A stretch of DNA of 64,000 bases from Opitutales bacterium (GCA_049599475.1 JBMYOQ010000009.1:1-64000), one strand, 5' to 3'; positions 12,397 to 22,325 are shown, counted from the stretch's first letter. Notes: generated by a model not told the origin, from the sequence alone. A program made the numbers and translations.

Positions 12397-13329
12397 ATGA
12401 AGCTCGACCATGTTCAACTCACTATGCCTCGCGGTGAAGAAGCCGCAGCTCGGGAATATTTTATCGGCATTCTCGAGATGGTCGAAGAAACGAAACCTAC
12501 CGAACTCGCCAATCGCGGAGGTTGCTGGTTTCGAAAAAATGAGGTTTGCCTTCACATGGGTGTCGAGGATCCATTCATCCCTCAGAAAAAGTCCCACCCC
12601 GCCCTCCTTGTAAACGATTACGAAGGTATCCAGGAAAGACTCCGCGAACGTGGCTTTCCTGTATCAACGGATGAAAATCTTCCCGGCCGTGAACGATTTT
12701 TCACCGAGGACCCCTTTGGAAACCGTATTGAAATCCTGAAACCACGAGCGCTGCCACAGGCGCCGCAAACTCAGGACCTTCAGAATCGGCTAGAATTTCT
12801 AGGGCAGGCGGAACGCCTAAAAGATACCATTCGCAGCGCCCATTCGACACATGGTCGAGTAGAAAGTGTAGCAGAACATACATGGCGGCTTACCTTGACC
12901 ATTCTTACATTCGCCGACCTGTTTCCACACCTGGATCTATTGAAACTCCTTAAAATCTGTATCATTCACGATATTGGCGAAGGGATCCACGGAGATATTC
13001 CAGCACCCGAGCAAGACGGCACTGCTCCCAAATCCGATCAAGAGCGCGATGATTTTATCAAAATCACCTCCAGCCTACCCGAGCCCCTTAAATCTGAATT
13101 CCTCGATTTGTGGGATGATTACGAATACGTGCAATCTGAAGAGGCCAAAGTCGCCAAAGCCTTCGATAAACTCGAAACGCTTCTTCAGCATACCCAAGGG
13201 AAAAACCCTGAGAATTTCGATTATGTATTCAACCTTGGATACGGGAGAAAATATACCGATGCCACGGAATTAACAAAGGCTCTTCGCGAGATGATAGATG
13301 CCGAAACCGAGCGGAGGCTAAAGAGGTAA
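12397..13329 (+). CDS. Fusion of VOC/glyoxalase domain and HD-domain phosphohydrolase
   Basis: N-half DHVQL...HPAL...DPFGNRIE; C-half ESVAEHTWR...IIHDIGE...DKLE. Confidence 0.88.
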   Translation: MKLDHVQLTMPRGEEAAAREYFIGILEMVEETKPTELANRGGCWFRKNEVCLHMGVEDPFIPQKKSHPALLVNDYEGIQERLRERGFPVSTDENLPGRERFFTEDPFGNRIEILKPRALPQAPQTQDLQNRLEFLGQAERLKDTIRSAHSTHGRVESVAEHTWRLTLTILTFADLFPHLDLLKLLKICIIHDIGEGIHGDIPAPEQDGTAPKSDQERDDFIKITSSLPEPLKSEFLDLWDDYEYVQSEEAKVAKAFDKLETLLQHTQGKNPENFDYVFNLGYGRKYTDATELTKALREMIDAETERRLKR

Positions 13330-13394
13330 TACTGATTTCTAAAATTTATGAGCCTTAAGAACACGGCTATCTTTGGTAGAGGCAAGTGTCCTCA

Positions 13395-13544
13395 GGCTGT
13401 CTCAAAACCCGGATAAATCTCTATTAAGGTAGCGCTCGATCACCGAGCGAGCATGACTCGACCTTAGTCGCGCTAGTCGTTTGGGCTAACGCGCTCATGC
13501 CGGATACGGTGATCCGGCGCCACCACTTTTGAGAATCGCTCTAA
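13395..13544. mobile_element. Putative MITE-like element carrying a REPIN
   Basis: Ends GGCTGTCTCAAAA / TTTTGAGAATCGC (shared TCTCAAAA), flanked by direct repeat TCCTCA (13389-13394, 13545-13550). Confidence 0.45.
13428..13524. repeat. REPIN-like inverted repeat, family 3
   Basis: GGTAGCGCTCGATCACCG...GCATGA versus TCATGC...CGGTGATCCGGCGCCACC. Confidence 0.7.
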
Positions 13545-13558
13545 TCCTCACGTCCGCT

Positions 13559-13628
13559 TCACTCAAGACGCAAAGAACGCAGAGTTTCTAAAATTGCATT
13601 TCTCTGCGTCCTCCGCGCCTACGCGTGA
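13559..13628. repeat. Imperfect inverted repeat with 9-nt periodic arms (ACGCAAAGA/ACGCAGAG type)
   Basis: TCACTCAAGACGCAAAGAACGCAGAG ... CTCTGCGTCCTCCGCGCCTACGCGTGA. Confidence 0.6.
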
Positions 13629-13632
13629 TATT

Positions 13633-16182
13633 TTACCTTTTAAGCTGCTGTGCTTGCTTCGCTAGATTGAGGAAGTCCGAGCGCTCCTTGCTTGGATTGT
13701 CGCTGAGCGATTGCTGAACGCGCTCAATCAGGTTTTTCCATTCTGCTTCGGGGGCATATTGCGAGCCTCGAAGCAGCAGGCCAAATTCGGCGACTGCTGA
13801 GATGAACTGCATGTCCGGCCCTGCGCCCTGCTTCACTTTTTCCATGAGAACCGGGTGTGAGATCAAGCGAGAGGTATCCGAATCAGGGGCCTTGTAGCGC
13901 AGCTTCACTGTTAGGAGTTCGTTGTTGAAGTCTCCAGCTATCAAGAGAGGCTCGGTGTTCGTCTGATATTTCAGGGGATCCACTGCCGCGAGTGCGTTCG
14001 AAGACTCTACGCCTGTAGGGATAATTTCATACAGAGCAGTCACGGAGTGGCCGGCACCGATCTCGCCGGCGTCTTTGGTGTCATCGTTAAAATCCTCGTT
14101 GGCCAGTGCACGATTTTCGTATCCGATCAATCGATACGCTTTGACATGCGCCGGGTTGAACTCGACCTGGATCTTCACATCCTTCGCAATCGTAATGAGC
14201 GTGCCTGTCAGGTCTTCACCAAAAACTTTCTGCGCCTCTTCAAAGCTATCGATATAGGCGTAGTTGCCATTACCTTTATTCGAGAGGTGCTCCATTTGCC
14301 CGTCTTGGTAATTACCCATTCCAAATCCGCAAACCGAGAGGAAGACCCCGCTCTTCGCCTTCTCTTCGATGAGGCGCGTGAGCTGCCCACGGTCGCTGAC
14401 TCCGACATTGAAATCGCCGTCGGTGCAGAGGATCACGCGATTATTGCCCCCTTCGACAAAGTGCTCCTGAGCCACTTGATAAGCCAATTGAATACCCTGC
14501 GCGCCGTTGGTAGAACCGCCCGACTTCAGGTTATTCAATGCATGCTCGATCGTCGCCTGGTTGTTTGCGGTTGTAGAGGGAAGAGCCAAGCCGCTACTTC
14601 CTGCGTAGGTTACGATGGCCACGCGATCGCGTTCGTCCAGTTTTTGGGAAAGCTCGATCAGGGCTTTTTTTACCAGACCAAGCTTATTGGCCGAACTCAT
14701 GGATCCTGATACGTCCACGAGAAACACTAGATTCGATGCGGGCCGCTCATTCCATGGGATCTCATAGCCCTGGAGGCCGACACGAACCAGGTGATGCTGA
14801 GGCGCCCAAGGTGCAGGCATAATATCAGTGTTTACCGAGAATGGCACAATGTCTTCACCTACTTTTTCAGGGCGCGGGTAATCGGTATCGAAATAGTTGA
14901 TAAGCTCCTCAATACGCACCGCATCTGGAGGCGGCATCTGCCCCAGCTGGATAAAGCGGCGCACATTCGCATAGCTAGCGGTATCGACATCGATCGAGAA
15001 GGTCGACAAGGGCTCCGTCAGTGGCGAAAGGAAATCTTTTTCCTCGATGCGATCATAGCCTTCGCGGTTGAAGGGTTCAGCCTGCGGTAGAGGTTCTTCA
15101 AAAAGCAAACCAGCTGGCGCTCCGTCAGCAAAACCCATGATCTGCACTTCCTGCTCGGGGACCTGCTTCTCTTTGACCGTCCCATAGAATTTAAATTCCG
15201 CTTTAGCACTGCCCGGGAATTCATGCACAGACTCTTCAGCCATTGCCAGGGTCGGTTCGGGAGTAATAGCAGATAAGACATCCTCATCAGCAAACTCTGG
15301 TCGTGCTCTCTGCGGTGCGGGAGATACAGACACTGGAGGCGCAAACTGGTCTGTGACAGGAATAGTTTCCGCGAGGAGTTCTGTGCTTCGAGCATTTCTA
15401 GCAAGAGCAGGTGGTGATTCCTGTCGCTCTTCAATAATCTGTTGGAAGCGCTCCGCCGCCGCATTTTCCGGATCTGCCCTTCGTACTTCCGCAATAGTTT
15501 CAGACGCACCTAGGAGGTCGCCATTCACGAACTGCTTACGCGCCTGTAACATCGACGCATCAACAACATCGACAGAGGGCTGAGGCGCTCCGGTTTCAAG
15601 TCCAAAGAACTCCACGGCCGAATTCTGAACATCTGGTGAGTCGGAATTCACCTTCACTTCCGTTTGTGTATCATTCACCGCAACCTCTCTCGCGACAACC
15701 ATCCGCGGGGCCTCAGTAATGTGCTCGAGATTCGGAGCATTTAAAGGTGCTGGGGTGCCATCGATATGCTCGTCTGGAATGCCGACCGGGATTTCCTCGT
15801 ATTGGATGAAATACTCCTCACGGCTCTCTTCGTCACGAATCCCGGCAGTAGGTAGAAAGATCGTGCCCAGCACAATACAGGCAGCCATGGTGCCAGAGGC
15901 TACCATTAATACTCGAGTGAGAGTCGGGAAGTTGATTACCTTTTTCTTGGTCTCTACTTTTCTTAAAACCTCATCTACTTCGATGGGCTCTGCTGCGGGA
16001 GCCTCCTCGGCGAACAATGACGAAAACGCATTGGCGGTAGTCTGGATTTCTTCGACGACTTGTTTAAATTCTTCGGAGCTTTCGATCTCCTGGATAAAGG
16101 TCTGGTCCGCTTCGTTGAGCTCTTCGCCGAGGGCGTAGGCTGTGATGCGGGGGTCTTGCTTATCAAATTTCATGGTTCGCAA
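13633..16182 (-). CDS. YfbK-like VWA domain protein with anti-sigma-like N-terminus
   Basis: STFSIDVDTASY, MIDAS DVSGSMS, TIAKDVKIQVEFNP, DAGEIGAGH; N-terminal ITAYALGE plus TM helix. Confidence 0.92.
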   Translation of the reverse strand: MRTMKFDKQDPRITAYALGEELNEADQTFIQEIESSEEFKQVVEEIQTTANAFSSLFAEEAPAAEPIEVDEVLRKVETKKKVINFPTLTRVLMVASGTMAACIVLGTIFLPTAGIRDEESREEYFIQYEEIPVGIPDEHIDGTPAPLNAPNLEHITEAPRMVVAREVAVNDTQTEVKVNSDSPDVQNSAVEFFGLETGAPQPSVDVVDASMLQARKQFVNGDLLGASETIAEVRRADPENAAAERFQQIIEERQESPPALARNARSTELLAETIPVTDQFAPPVSVSPAPQRARPEFADEDVLSAITPEPTLAMAEESVHEFPGSAKAEFKFYGTVKEKQVPEQEVQIMGFADGAPAGLLFEEPLPQAEPFNREGYDRIEEKDFLSPLTEPLSTFSIDVDTASYANVRRFIQLGQMPPPDAVRIEELINYFDTDYPRPEKVGEDIVPFSVNTDIMPAPWAPQHHLVRVGLQGYEIPWNERPASNLVFLVDVSGSMSSANKLGLVKKALIELSQKLDERDRVAIVTYAGSSGLALPSTTANNQATIEHALNNLKSGGSTNGAQGIQLAYQVAQEHFVEGGNNRVILCTDGDFNVGVSDRGQLTRLIEEKAKSGVFLSVCGFGMGNYQDGQMEHLSNKGNGNYAYIDSFEEAQKVFGEDLTGTLITIAKDVKIQVEFNPAHVKAYRLIGYENRALANEDFNDDTKDAGEIGAGHSVTALYEIIPTGVESSNALAAVDPLKYQTNTEPLLIAGDFNNELLTVKLRYKAPDSDTSRLISHPVLMEKVKQGAGPDMQFISAVAEFGLLLRGSQYAPEAEWKNLIERVQQSLSDNPSKERSDFLNLAKQAQQLKR

Positions 16183-16193
16183 ATTTAAATGGG

Positions 16194-16733
16194 TTAGGCG
16201 ATTAGGTCGGACTCGGCCTTGAGGCGGTCGCGCAGGGTGTGAATCGCACGGTTGAGGATGAATCCTACATTGCTCACCGAGAGCTCAGTAATCTCGGCAA
16301 TTTCTTTGTAGGTGAGCTGACTATGGAACTTCAGGCGGACGACTTCGCGCTGGTTCTTGGGCAGGGTGTGTAGGACTTTGGAAACGACGCTGAGGCTGTC
16401 ATTGGTCTCAGCCAGGTGGCTCGGAAACCGGGAGTCGGTCTCTTCCGGCGGTGTCTCGGGGACTTGATCGGTGGTGGTCATACGGCCTTCTTTTTTGAAT
16501 TGATCGATTATGCGGGTGCGACAGACCCGGTAGAGCCACGGCGCGAGGCGCGAGGCGGGATCGATAGGTGTCTGTCGCTTGACGAGTCGAAGAAACGTTT
16601 CCTGGACAGCATCGCGTGCACGATGCTCGCAGCCACACAGCGAATAGGCATACTGTTCGAGGGGCTTGGAATGCGTTTCGACAGCTCCGAGGAGCTGTTG
16701 ACGTATGGATTCAGGTATTGGACTCGGGTCCAT
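16194..16733 (-). CDS. ECF RNA polymerase sigma factor
   Basis: ARDAVQETFL, WLYRVCR, LPKNQREVVRL...YKEIAE. Confidence 0.93.
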   Translation of the reverse strand: MDPSPIPESIRQQLLGAVETHSKPLEQYAYSLCGCEHRARDAVQETFLRLVKRQTPIDPASRLAPWLYRVCRTRIIDQFKKEGRMTTTDQVPETPPEETDSRFPSHLAETNDSLSVVSKVLHTLPKNQREVVRLKFHSQLTYKEIAEITELSVSNVGFILNRAIHTLRDRLKAESDLIA

Positions 16734-16851
16734 GTTTCAGTTTTTGGCTAGGTGTGCCAACATCACCGGCAATGTTGATTCACCTCCAATACGAGCGACC
16801 GCAGGGTTTATTAGAGAACTTCCTAAAATTTTTTTGGGGATCGACCAAATA

Positions 16852-18003
16852 CTATATCGAATCGAGATGCGAGGTGGCTATCTTACTCATACTATCAGAT
16901 ACTCCTGGATGGTTAGAGGCCTCAGTCCAAAAATGAGCTACTCCCTCGCGAATTAAAGGATCAATCGTCAAGTCGGTCTCTTTTACGGGAATCATTTCCA
17001 TTGCCATATCTCCCTGCCGGGTTGGAGCATAGATCATCGGCAGCATGTCATAAACTGGAGCCGGAATGAGAGGAAATTCGGGTTTAAGAAAAAACGAATA
17101 ATTTCCAAAATGCATATCGTTATTTTGAATAGCAGCGCCAAAGCGTCTCAATCGTGAAATAAGATTTAGGTCTTCTTCCAAGATTAGATTCATCTTCAAA
17201 AGACCCTTTCCTGAATCTTCCCAATTTCTTTGAGGAGAGCCTAGAAATGCCGCATCAACAGAACGTAAGGATACCACGGCATGCCTTCCTAATCGGGTTA
17301 ATTCACCCGTTCGATCAAATCTATTGGACTCCAAAAAGATACGATTCCCCAACTCTTTTATCTCAGGAACAGCTATGGCGAACCCAAGGTTCCGCAGGGT
17401 TTCCAATGCCAATGACTCTAAAATAAGTAAATCCCCCCAGCGCCTACCGTTAGTGGTATCCAAGGGTCCTGAGAACTTAACTATTTTGTCACCAGCAATG
17501 ATTTTAGGTTGATCACCTCCAGCCGAGGAGCCGAAAAGCATAGTAGCTTGACTGGCAAGATTCTCGGCCGCTTTCACCAATTCAAGATCCCCAAACCTAA
17601 GTATCGATCCACTATATTCGGAAGGTATTTGAAAATTATTACCTTCAACATACCACGCTCCTTGGGCCCTCCATTGAAGGGCTGCTAGAGAAATCATTCT
17701 TTCGTCAGAAGACCAACGCTCGAGGTTAGAATCGATTTCAAACCATTCGGAGAATCGTTTGGCAATCAATCGACCTGAGAATCCTGCTGGTACTGAATCT
17801 TCCAAGAACCAAGGAATCCCAGGAAACTCTCCGCTTTCAAATTCATCGTAGAAAATCGAAGGCCAACAAAATTCATCAGATTCTGGGTGCAGGACAAAGC
17901 CTGATCCCTTTCTCTCGAGCTCGCCAAATAAGCTGTGAGAGCCGTCTTCCTGAACAAATTTTAGTGTCCACGGATCATCGAATCGATGAGTTGAATTAGT
18001 CAT
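16852..18003 (-). CDS. YjjJ/HipA-family Ser/Thr kinase toxin
   Basis: SSAGGDQPK P-loop, VKFS, RWGDLL, RFDR, NNDMHFGN, APVYDMLPM. Confidence 0.88.
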   Translation of the reverse strand: MTNSTHRFDDPWTLKFVQEDGSHSLFGELERKGSGFVLHPESDEFCWPSIFYDEFESGEFPGIPWFLEDSVPAGFSGRLIAKRFSEWFEIDSNLERWSSDERMISLAALQWRAQGAWYVEGNNFQIPSEYSGSILRFGDLELVKAAENLASQATMLFGSSAGGDQPKIIAGDKIVKFSGPLDTTNGRRWGDLLILESLALETLRNLGFAIAVPEIKELGNRIFLESNRFDRTGELTRLGRHAVVSLRSVDAAFLGSPQRNWEDSGKGLLKMNLILEEDLNLISRLRRFGAAIQNNDMHFGNYSFFLKPEFPLIPAPVYDMLPMIYAPTRQGDMAMEMIPVKETDLTIDPLIREGVAHFWTEASNHPGVSDSMSKIATSHLDSI

Positions 18004-18011
18004 ATTATAGA

Positions 18012-18113
18012 CTAGTTCTTGGGCGTGGTCAGCACCTTATAGAGCGACCACACGAACATGAGGGTGACTGTCCCTACGGACAGTATCATTGTAATCCAGC
18101 CTCCGAGTGTCAT
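18012..18113 (-). CDS. 33-aa single-TM peptide, probable MetS-like small subunit of the NSS transporter
   Basis: Translated by hand: MTLGGWITMILSVGTVTLMFVWSLYKVLTTPKN; ATGA overlap with NSS stop; absent from ORF track. Confidence 0.75.
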   Translation of the reverse strand: MTLGGWITMILSVGTVTLMFVWSLYKVLTTPKN

Positions 18114-19846
18114 GGGTGTTTATTGTTTTTGAGGTGTTCTTGGTATTTGGGGCTGCCCAGCAGCAGGAAGAAAGTGAAGAGGCCGACGAGGACGATGGTC
18201 GATACGGCAATCCAGGCAACGTCATCCCCGGTCTTGAGAGCTTGAATGTAATGTACAACTTCACCGGTCCCGCCAATCCAAGTGGCTCCGAAAATGTTTT
18301 TGGCACACCAAAAGGCGAAAATCGTTATCAAAAACAGTGGGCAGACATACTTCATTATGTAACGGAAAAAGTGGGGAATTTTGAATACGGCCCCTTTATT
18401 TGCCTCTTCTATTCCGCGATCTACGCCATAGACCCAGCTGAAAATAATGATCTCAATTAACGCGAGGACAAACAGTAGGAAGTTTCCACACCAATAGTCC
18501 ATGTAATCGATTGCTTTCGCATCCTGCGAAAAATACAGAACAAGCATCGCACCCATGGCTGTAATGATTCCAAGAATACCAATAGATTGCCTGCGATTCA
18601 GGTCTAAGGCCTCTTCGATAAATGCAATACCCGGCTGAACCATCGAGATGGAAGAGGTAACCGCTGCCAAAAACAGAAGGAAAAAGAATAGTCCACCAAA
18701 CAGCCACCCCAGTGGCATTTCGGCAAAAACAAGAGGTAGGACCTTAAAGCCAATCGCGAAAGTTGATCCAACAGCCCCGGATACCCCAGCGACTCCTAGG
18801 AACGCGACCGAAGCGGGTAAGGTAATAAGTCCACCAAGGCCCACCTCGCAAAATTCATTGGCACTGGTTGCCGCAAAACCGCTCAGCACAACATCATCAT
18901 TTTCCCGCATATAGCTGGCGTAGTTAATTATAATTCCAAAACCAATCGATATAGAGAAGAAAATCTGGCCTGCCGCTGCTAACCACAGATCGGGATTGGC
19001 CAACTGTTCCCAAATACTGCGCTCGACAATCTTAAGATTTTCTGGATCCGCTGCGACTTTTGCTTCCGCTGCTGAGATCATTTCCGGACCGACGAGTTCT
19101 TCCATGTCACCGAGCGGCTCCCATTCTCCATCTACTTTTTCTACGAGTAAGGTTTTGTCGGGATTCCACATATAGCCCAACCCATTCGCGATGCTCTGCT
19201 CAGGATTTTCAGGATTGGGAACACCCAAAGTGAGCACGCGCACCAAAATGATCAAAGCAATGACAAGGAGAACGGGGATCGCTACCTTACAGAAGGTCTC
19301 AATGCCCTTAGATACGCCGTGATAGATCAAATAAAAATTTATCGCAAAGACGATGAGCAAAAAGGGAAGCGCCGACTTTAAGGACATTTCCAGTGCAGCC
19401 CCATTCTCAGCTAAGCCCGCAAATCCTTCCCAAAATTCACCCGAATCGGCAGCTGCCGCAAAATCCATATTCTGCATAAAAAAGTTATACGCATACCCAA
19501 GCGTCCATGCTTCGATATTCACATAATACATGTAAATGCAGGTCGGAATAATGATACCAAGGATGCCGAGGTATTTGCCAAATGGATGCCCGACGATGGC
19601 ATTCAAAATACCGGGTGATGAATGAAATCCCGTTTTGCCGCCCTGGCGTCCGATGGTCCACTCCGCCCAACAGATCGGAAGTCCAATGATCAAGAACGCG
19701 ATACAGTAGGCCAACATGAAAGCCCCTCCGCCAAACTGTGCGGCTTGCCCGGGAAAGCGGAGAAAATTACCCAAGCCTACGGCACTTCCGGCCACGGCGA
19801 GAATCACGCCTAGGCGCGAGTTCCATGATTCATTCGATTGAGACAT
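18110..19846 (-). CDS. Sodium-dependent transporter, NSS/SNF family
   Basis: AGSAVGLGNFLRFP, GQIFFS, AAVTSSIS. Confidence 0.95.
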   Translation of the reverse strand: MSQSNESWNSRLGVILAVAGSAVGLGNFLRFPGQAAQFGGGAFMLAYCIAFLIIGLPICWAEWTIGRQGGKTGFHSSPGILNAIVGHPFGKYLGILGIIIPTCIYMYYVNIEAWTLGYAYNFFMQNMDFAAAADSGEFWEGFAGLAENGAALEMSLKSALPFLLIVFAINFYLIYHGVSKGIETFCKVAIPVLLVIALIILVRVLTLGVPNPENPEQSIANGLGYMWNPDKTLLVEKVDGEWEPLGDMEELVGPEMISAAEAKVAADPENLKIVERSIWEQLANPDLWLAAAGQIFFSISIGFGIIINYASYMRENDDVVLSGFAATSANEFCEVGLGGLITLPASVAFLGVAGVSGAVGSTFAIGFKVLPLVFAEMPLGWLFGGLFFFLLFLAAVTSSISMVQPGIAFIEEALDLNRRQSIGILGIITAMGAMLVLYFSQDAKAIDYMDYWCGNFLLFVLALIEIIIFSWVYGVDRGIEEANKGAVFKIPHFFRYIMKYVCPLFLITIFAFWCAKNIFGATWIGGTGEVVHYIQALKTGDDVAWIAVSTIVLVGLFTFFLLLGSPKYQEHLKNNKHP

Positions 19847-20062
19847 AGGAGAGGAGATGGGGATTCTGGAACCAGTTTGTGGACATCAAAGCAGCTATGG
19901 CTCCATGGGCCATGAAAAAATGAAAAGATAGGTTAGGGACTTCCCCGCGCATCTGGAGTGATCTGAACGACGACAAGGCTCTCGGGCCTGTATCCGCGTC
20001 GGGATTGAATCCTTCATATAATCCGAGTTGCCATTAATCCGGGCTTCGTTAGCTGTGGATGG

Positions 20063-20785
20063 ATGAAAACTGCCGTCTGCCCACTTCTTGTCTTCATTTT
20101 TGGTGTTCTAAGCTCTGCGAATAGTGTCGCCAAGGCAGAAGTCACGGCAGACGAGGTAATCGATCGAGTCATCGAGGCGAGTGGGGGTAAAGCCAAGCTG
20201 GAGACGCTCATCAGCTTGGAAGCGTTCTACGATATTGAAATGCCCGGAGCAGGCATGACCTTCACTTCGAAAGTCGTGTTAAAACACCCGGATCTCGTCT
20301 ACATGGAGCAAAACATCCCCGCTGCAGGTGTGGTGAAACAGGGCTACAATGGCACTATCGGTTGGGCATCCGACCCAATACAAGGCGACCGCCAACTCAG
20401 CGAGGGAGAGGTCAAGGAGCTGACACGTGATACCAGCCCCCAGGCTGTTCTGCGCTGGAAAGAGAAATACTCGATCCGCTCAGTCGAAGCCGAGACGGCT
20501 ACAGAAGTCACTCTCAAGCTCCAAGAATCGGTGAGCGTGCCCGCTCAGACATGGGTCTTTTCCAAGAAGACATGGCTACCTATATCCCTCGATACTATCG
20601 CGGATATGGGTCCGACCGGGAAGCTCCCCATGAAGATGTACTTTAGCGACTATCGCACAGTCGAGGGCACCATGGTTCCCTACTTGACGCGCATAGAGAA
20701 CCCTGCCTTTCAATTCAACATGAAGCTTCGCACTTTCCGCTACAATGTAGATGTGGATCCGAAGCTCTTTGAGCCGCCCTTCTGA
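20063..20785 (+). CDS. Secreted protein, possible LolA-like beta fold
   Basis: Signal peptide; A.GG...L, GYNG..GW, SDYR.V.G..VP, N..VD..LF pattern. Confidence 0.6.
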   Translation: MKTAVCPLLVFIFGVLSSANSVAKAEVTADEVIDRVIEASGGKAKLETLISLEAFYDIEMPGAGMTFTSKVVLKHPDLVYMEQNIPAAGVVKQGYNGTIGWASDPIQGDRQLSEGEVKELTRDTSPQAVLRWKEKYSIRSVEAETATEVTLKLQESVSVPAQTWVFSKKTWLPISLDTIADMGPTGKLPMKMYFSDYRTVEGTMVPYLTRIENPAFQFNMKLRTFRYNVDVDPKLFEPPF

Positions 20786-20808
20786 TCGCGGATCCGGAGA
20801 CATTCACT

Positions 20809-22230
20809 ATGGCTCAGTTAAAACGAGAAGCTTGGGATACTTTCAAGCTAGCGGTTCCTATGATCATTGGGCAGGTGTCGGTGCATCTGACTCAGGTGAT
20901 CGACGCCGCGATGATCGGCCGCGTGGGCGTGAACGAGCTCGCGGCGGCGGCCTTCGCCTCCAATTTTTACATGCTGTTTCTAATGACGGGCTTCGGGCTC
21001 ACAGTGGCCCTCTCCGTCTACATTGCTGGAGCCTTTGGCCAGAAGAATGAGGAAGAGCAGCGTGACTATCTTGCCGCAGGCATACTTAGCACCACGGCCT
21101 TCGGATTATTGATGGCTGCAGCAATGCATTGGGCTCTGCCGATCACCGAGCATATGGGACAACCCAGTCTGGTTATCATGCATGCCCAAAGCTATCTGAT
21201 CCTGCTTGGGTGGAGCACGGCCCCGGTTCTAATCATTGCCGGATTGAAGGGAGCCTGTGAATCGATCAACAAACCATGGTTTCCCCTACCCTACACGCTA
21301 GGCGTACTGCCTCTAAATGCCTTCCTCAACTGGATCATGATCTACGGGAACCTGGGCTGCCCGGCCATGGGTTTGGACGGAGCTGGAATAGCGACAGTAC
21401 TCTCGCGGGCGATTATGATCATTTGGCTCTGGCATGACTTGGGTAAACGGGGATTCTTCGGCAAACCTTTCGGATTACTCGAGCTCTTCAGACGCGGGGC
21501 GCTCAAGACCTGGAGTCTGCTGAAAATGGGCATTACGACTGGCCTGCAAATAACCTTTGAGGTCGCATCCTTTAACGGGTCGGCAATCATGATGGGCTGG
21601 ATCGGGGCTGCAGCCTTGGCAGCTCACCAAATCGCCATCCAGATCGTAGGCACCGTTTTCATGGTGCCGTTGGCCCTATCCTTTGCCATCAGTATCCGCG
21701 TGGGACAGGCCCTGGGATCGAACAAACCGCAGCAGGCCAAAGATATCGGTCTGGCGAATGCCATTGTAGCCGCCACCTTAATGGTCGTTGCAGCAGTGGG
21801 GATTTGGGTATTCCGCGAAAACCTGATCGGGCTCTTTATCGGAAAAGATGTTGCAGATGCAGAGACCGTCATCGCGGCGGGCATCATATTTCTGACCATA
21901 GCTGCCATTTTCCAGATCGGCGACGGGCTAAACATTATCCTGATGGGCTATCTGCGAGGCTATCGTGATGTGCGCATACCGACGATCTCTGCGTTCATCG
22001 TCTTTTGGTGCATTGGGCTCACCTTAGCCTTTTTCCTCGCCTTTGGCGGAGACGTCGCTTCTCCCACTATGCCAGAATTTTTTAAGCCCTTGGCTCAGCA
22101 CGCGGCCGGTATGGGTGGCACCGGGATCTGGATTGCACTCGCCATTGCCCTTTGGCTTTCTTCGGCAGCGATGGGCATACGGGCCGTCATCATAACACGC
22201 CGGGAGGGCAAAAAAGGTAGCTTTGCCTAA
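20809..22230 (+). CDS. MATE family efflux transporter
   Basis: LAVPMIIGQ, D..MIG, GLDGAGIAT, RVGQALG; ~12 TM. Confidence 0.93.
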   Translation: MAQLKREAWDTFKLAVPMIIGQVSVHLTQVIDAAMIGRVGVNELAAAAFASNFYMLFLMTGFGLTVALSVYIAGAFGQKNEEEQRDYLAAGILSTTAFGLLMAAAMHWALPITEHMGQPSLVIMHAQSYLILLGWSTAPVLIIAGLKGACESINKPWFPLPYTLGVLPLNAFLNWIMIYGNLGCPAMGLDGAGIATVLSRAIMIIWLWHDLGKRGFFGKPFGLLELFRRGALKTWSLLKMGITTGLQITFEVASFNGSAIMMGWIGAAALAAHQIAIQIVGTVFMVPLALSFAISIRVGQALGSNKPQQAKDIGLANAIVAATLMVVAAVGIWVFRENLIGLFIGKDVADAETVIAAGIIFLTIAAIFQIGDGLNIILMGYLRGYRDVRIPTISAFIVFWCIGLTLAFFLAFGGDVASPTMPEFFKPLAQHAAGMGGTGIWIALAIALWLSSAAMGIRAVIITRREGKKGSFA

Positions 22231-22325
22231 ATTAAGGCTTTCAGTCGACCTGTGCACAAAATATCCGACTTTAGAGAATAAAGAGTGCTCCACTGAGACA
22301 ATCCGCATTCACAAAACCGACTATT

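Noticed and set aside
18037..18306. 89-aa ORF as a HipB-like antitoxin
   Set aside because: Alternate frame of the NSS gene, low complexity, no HTH
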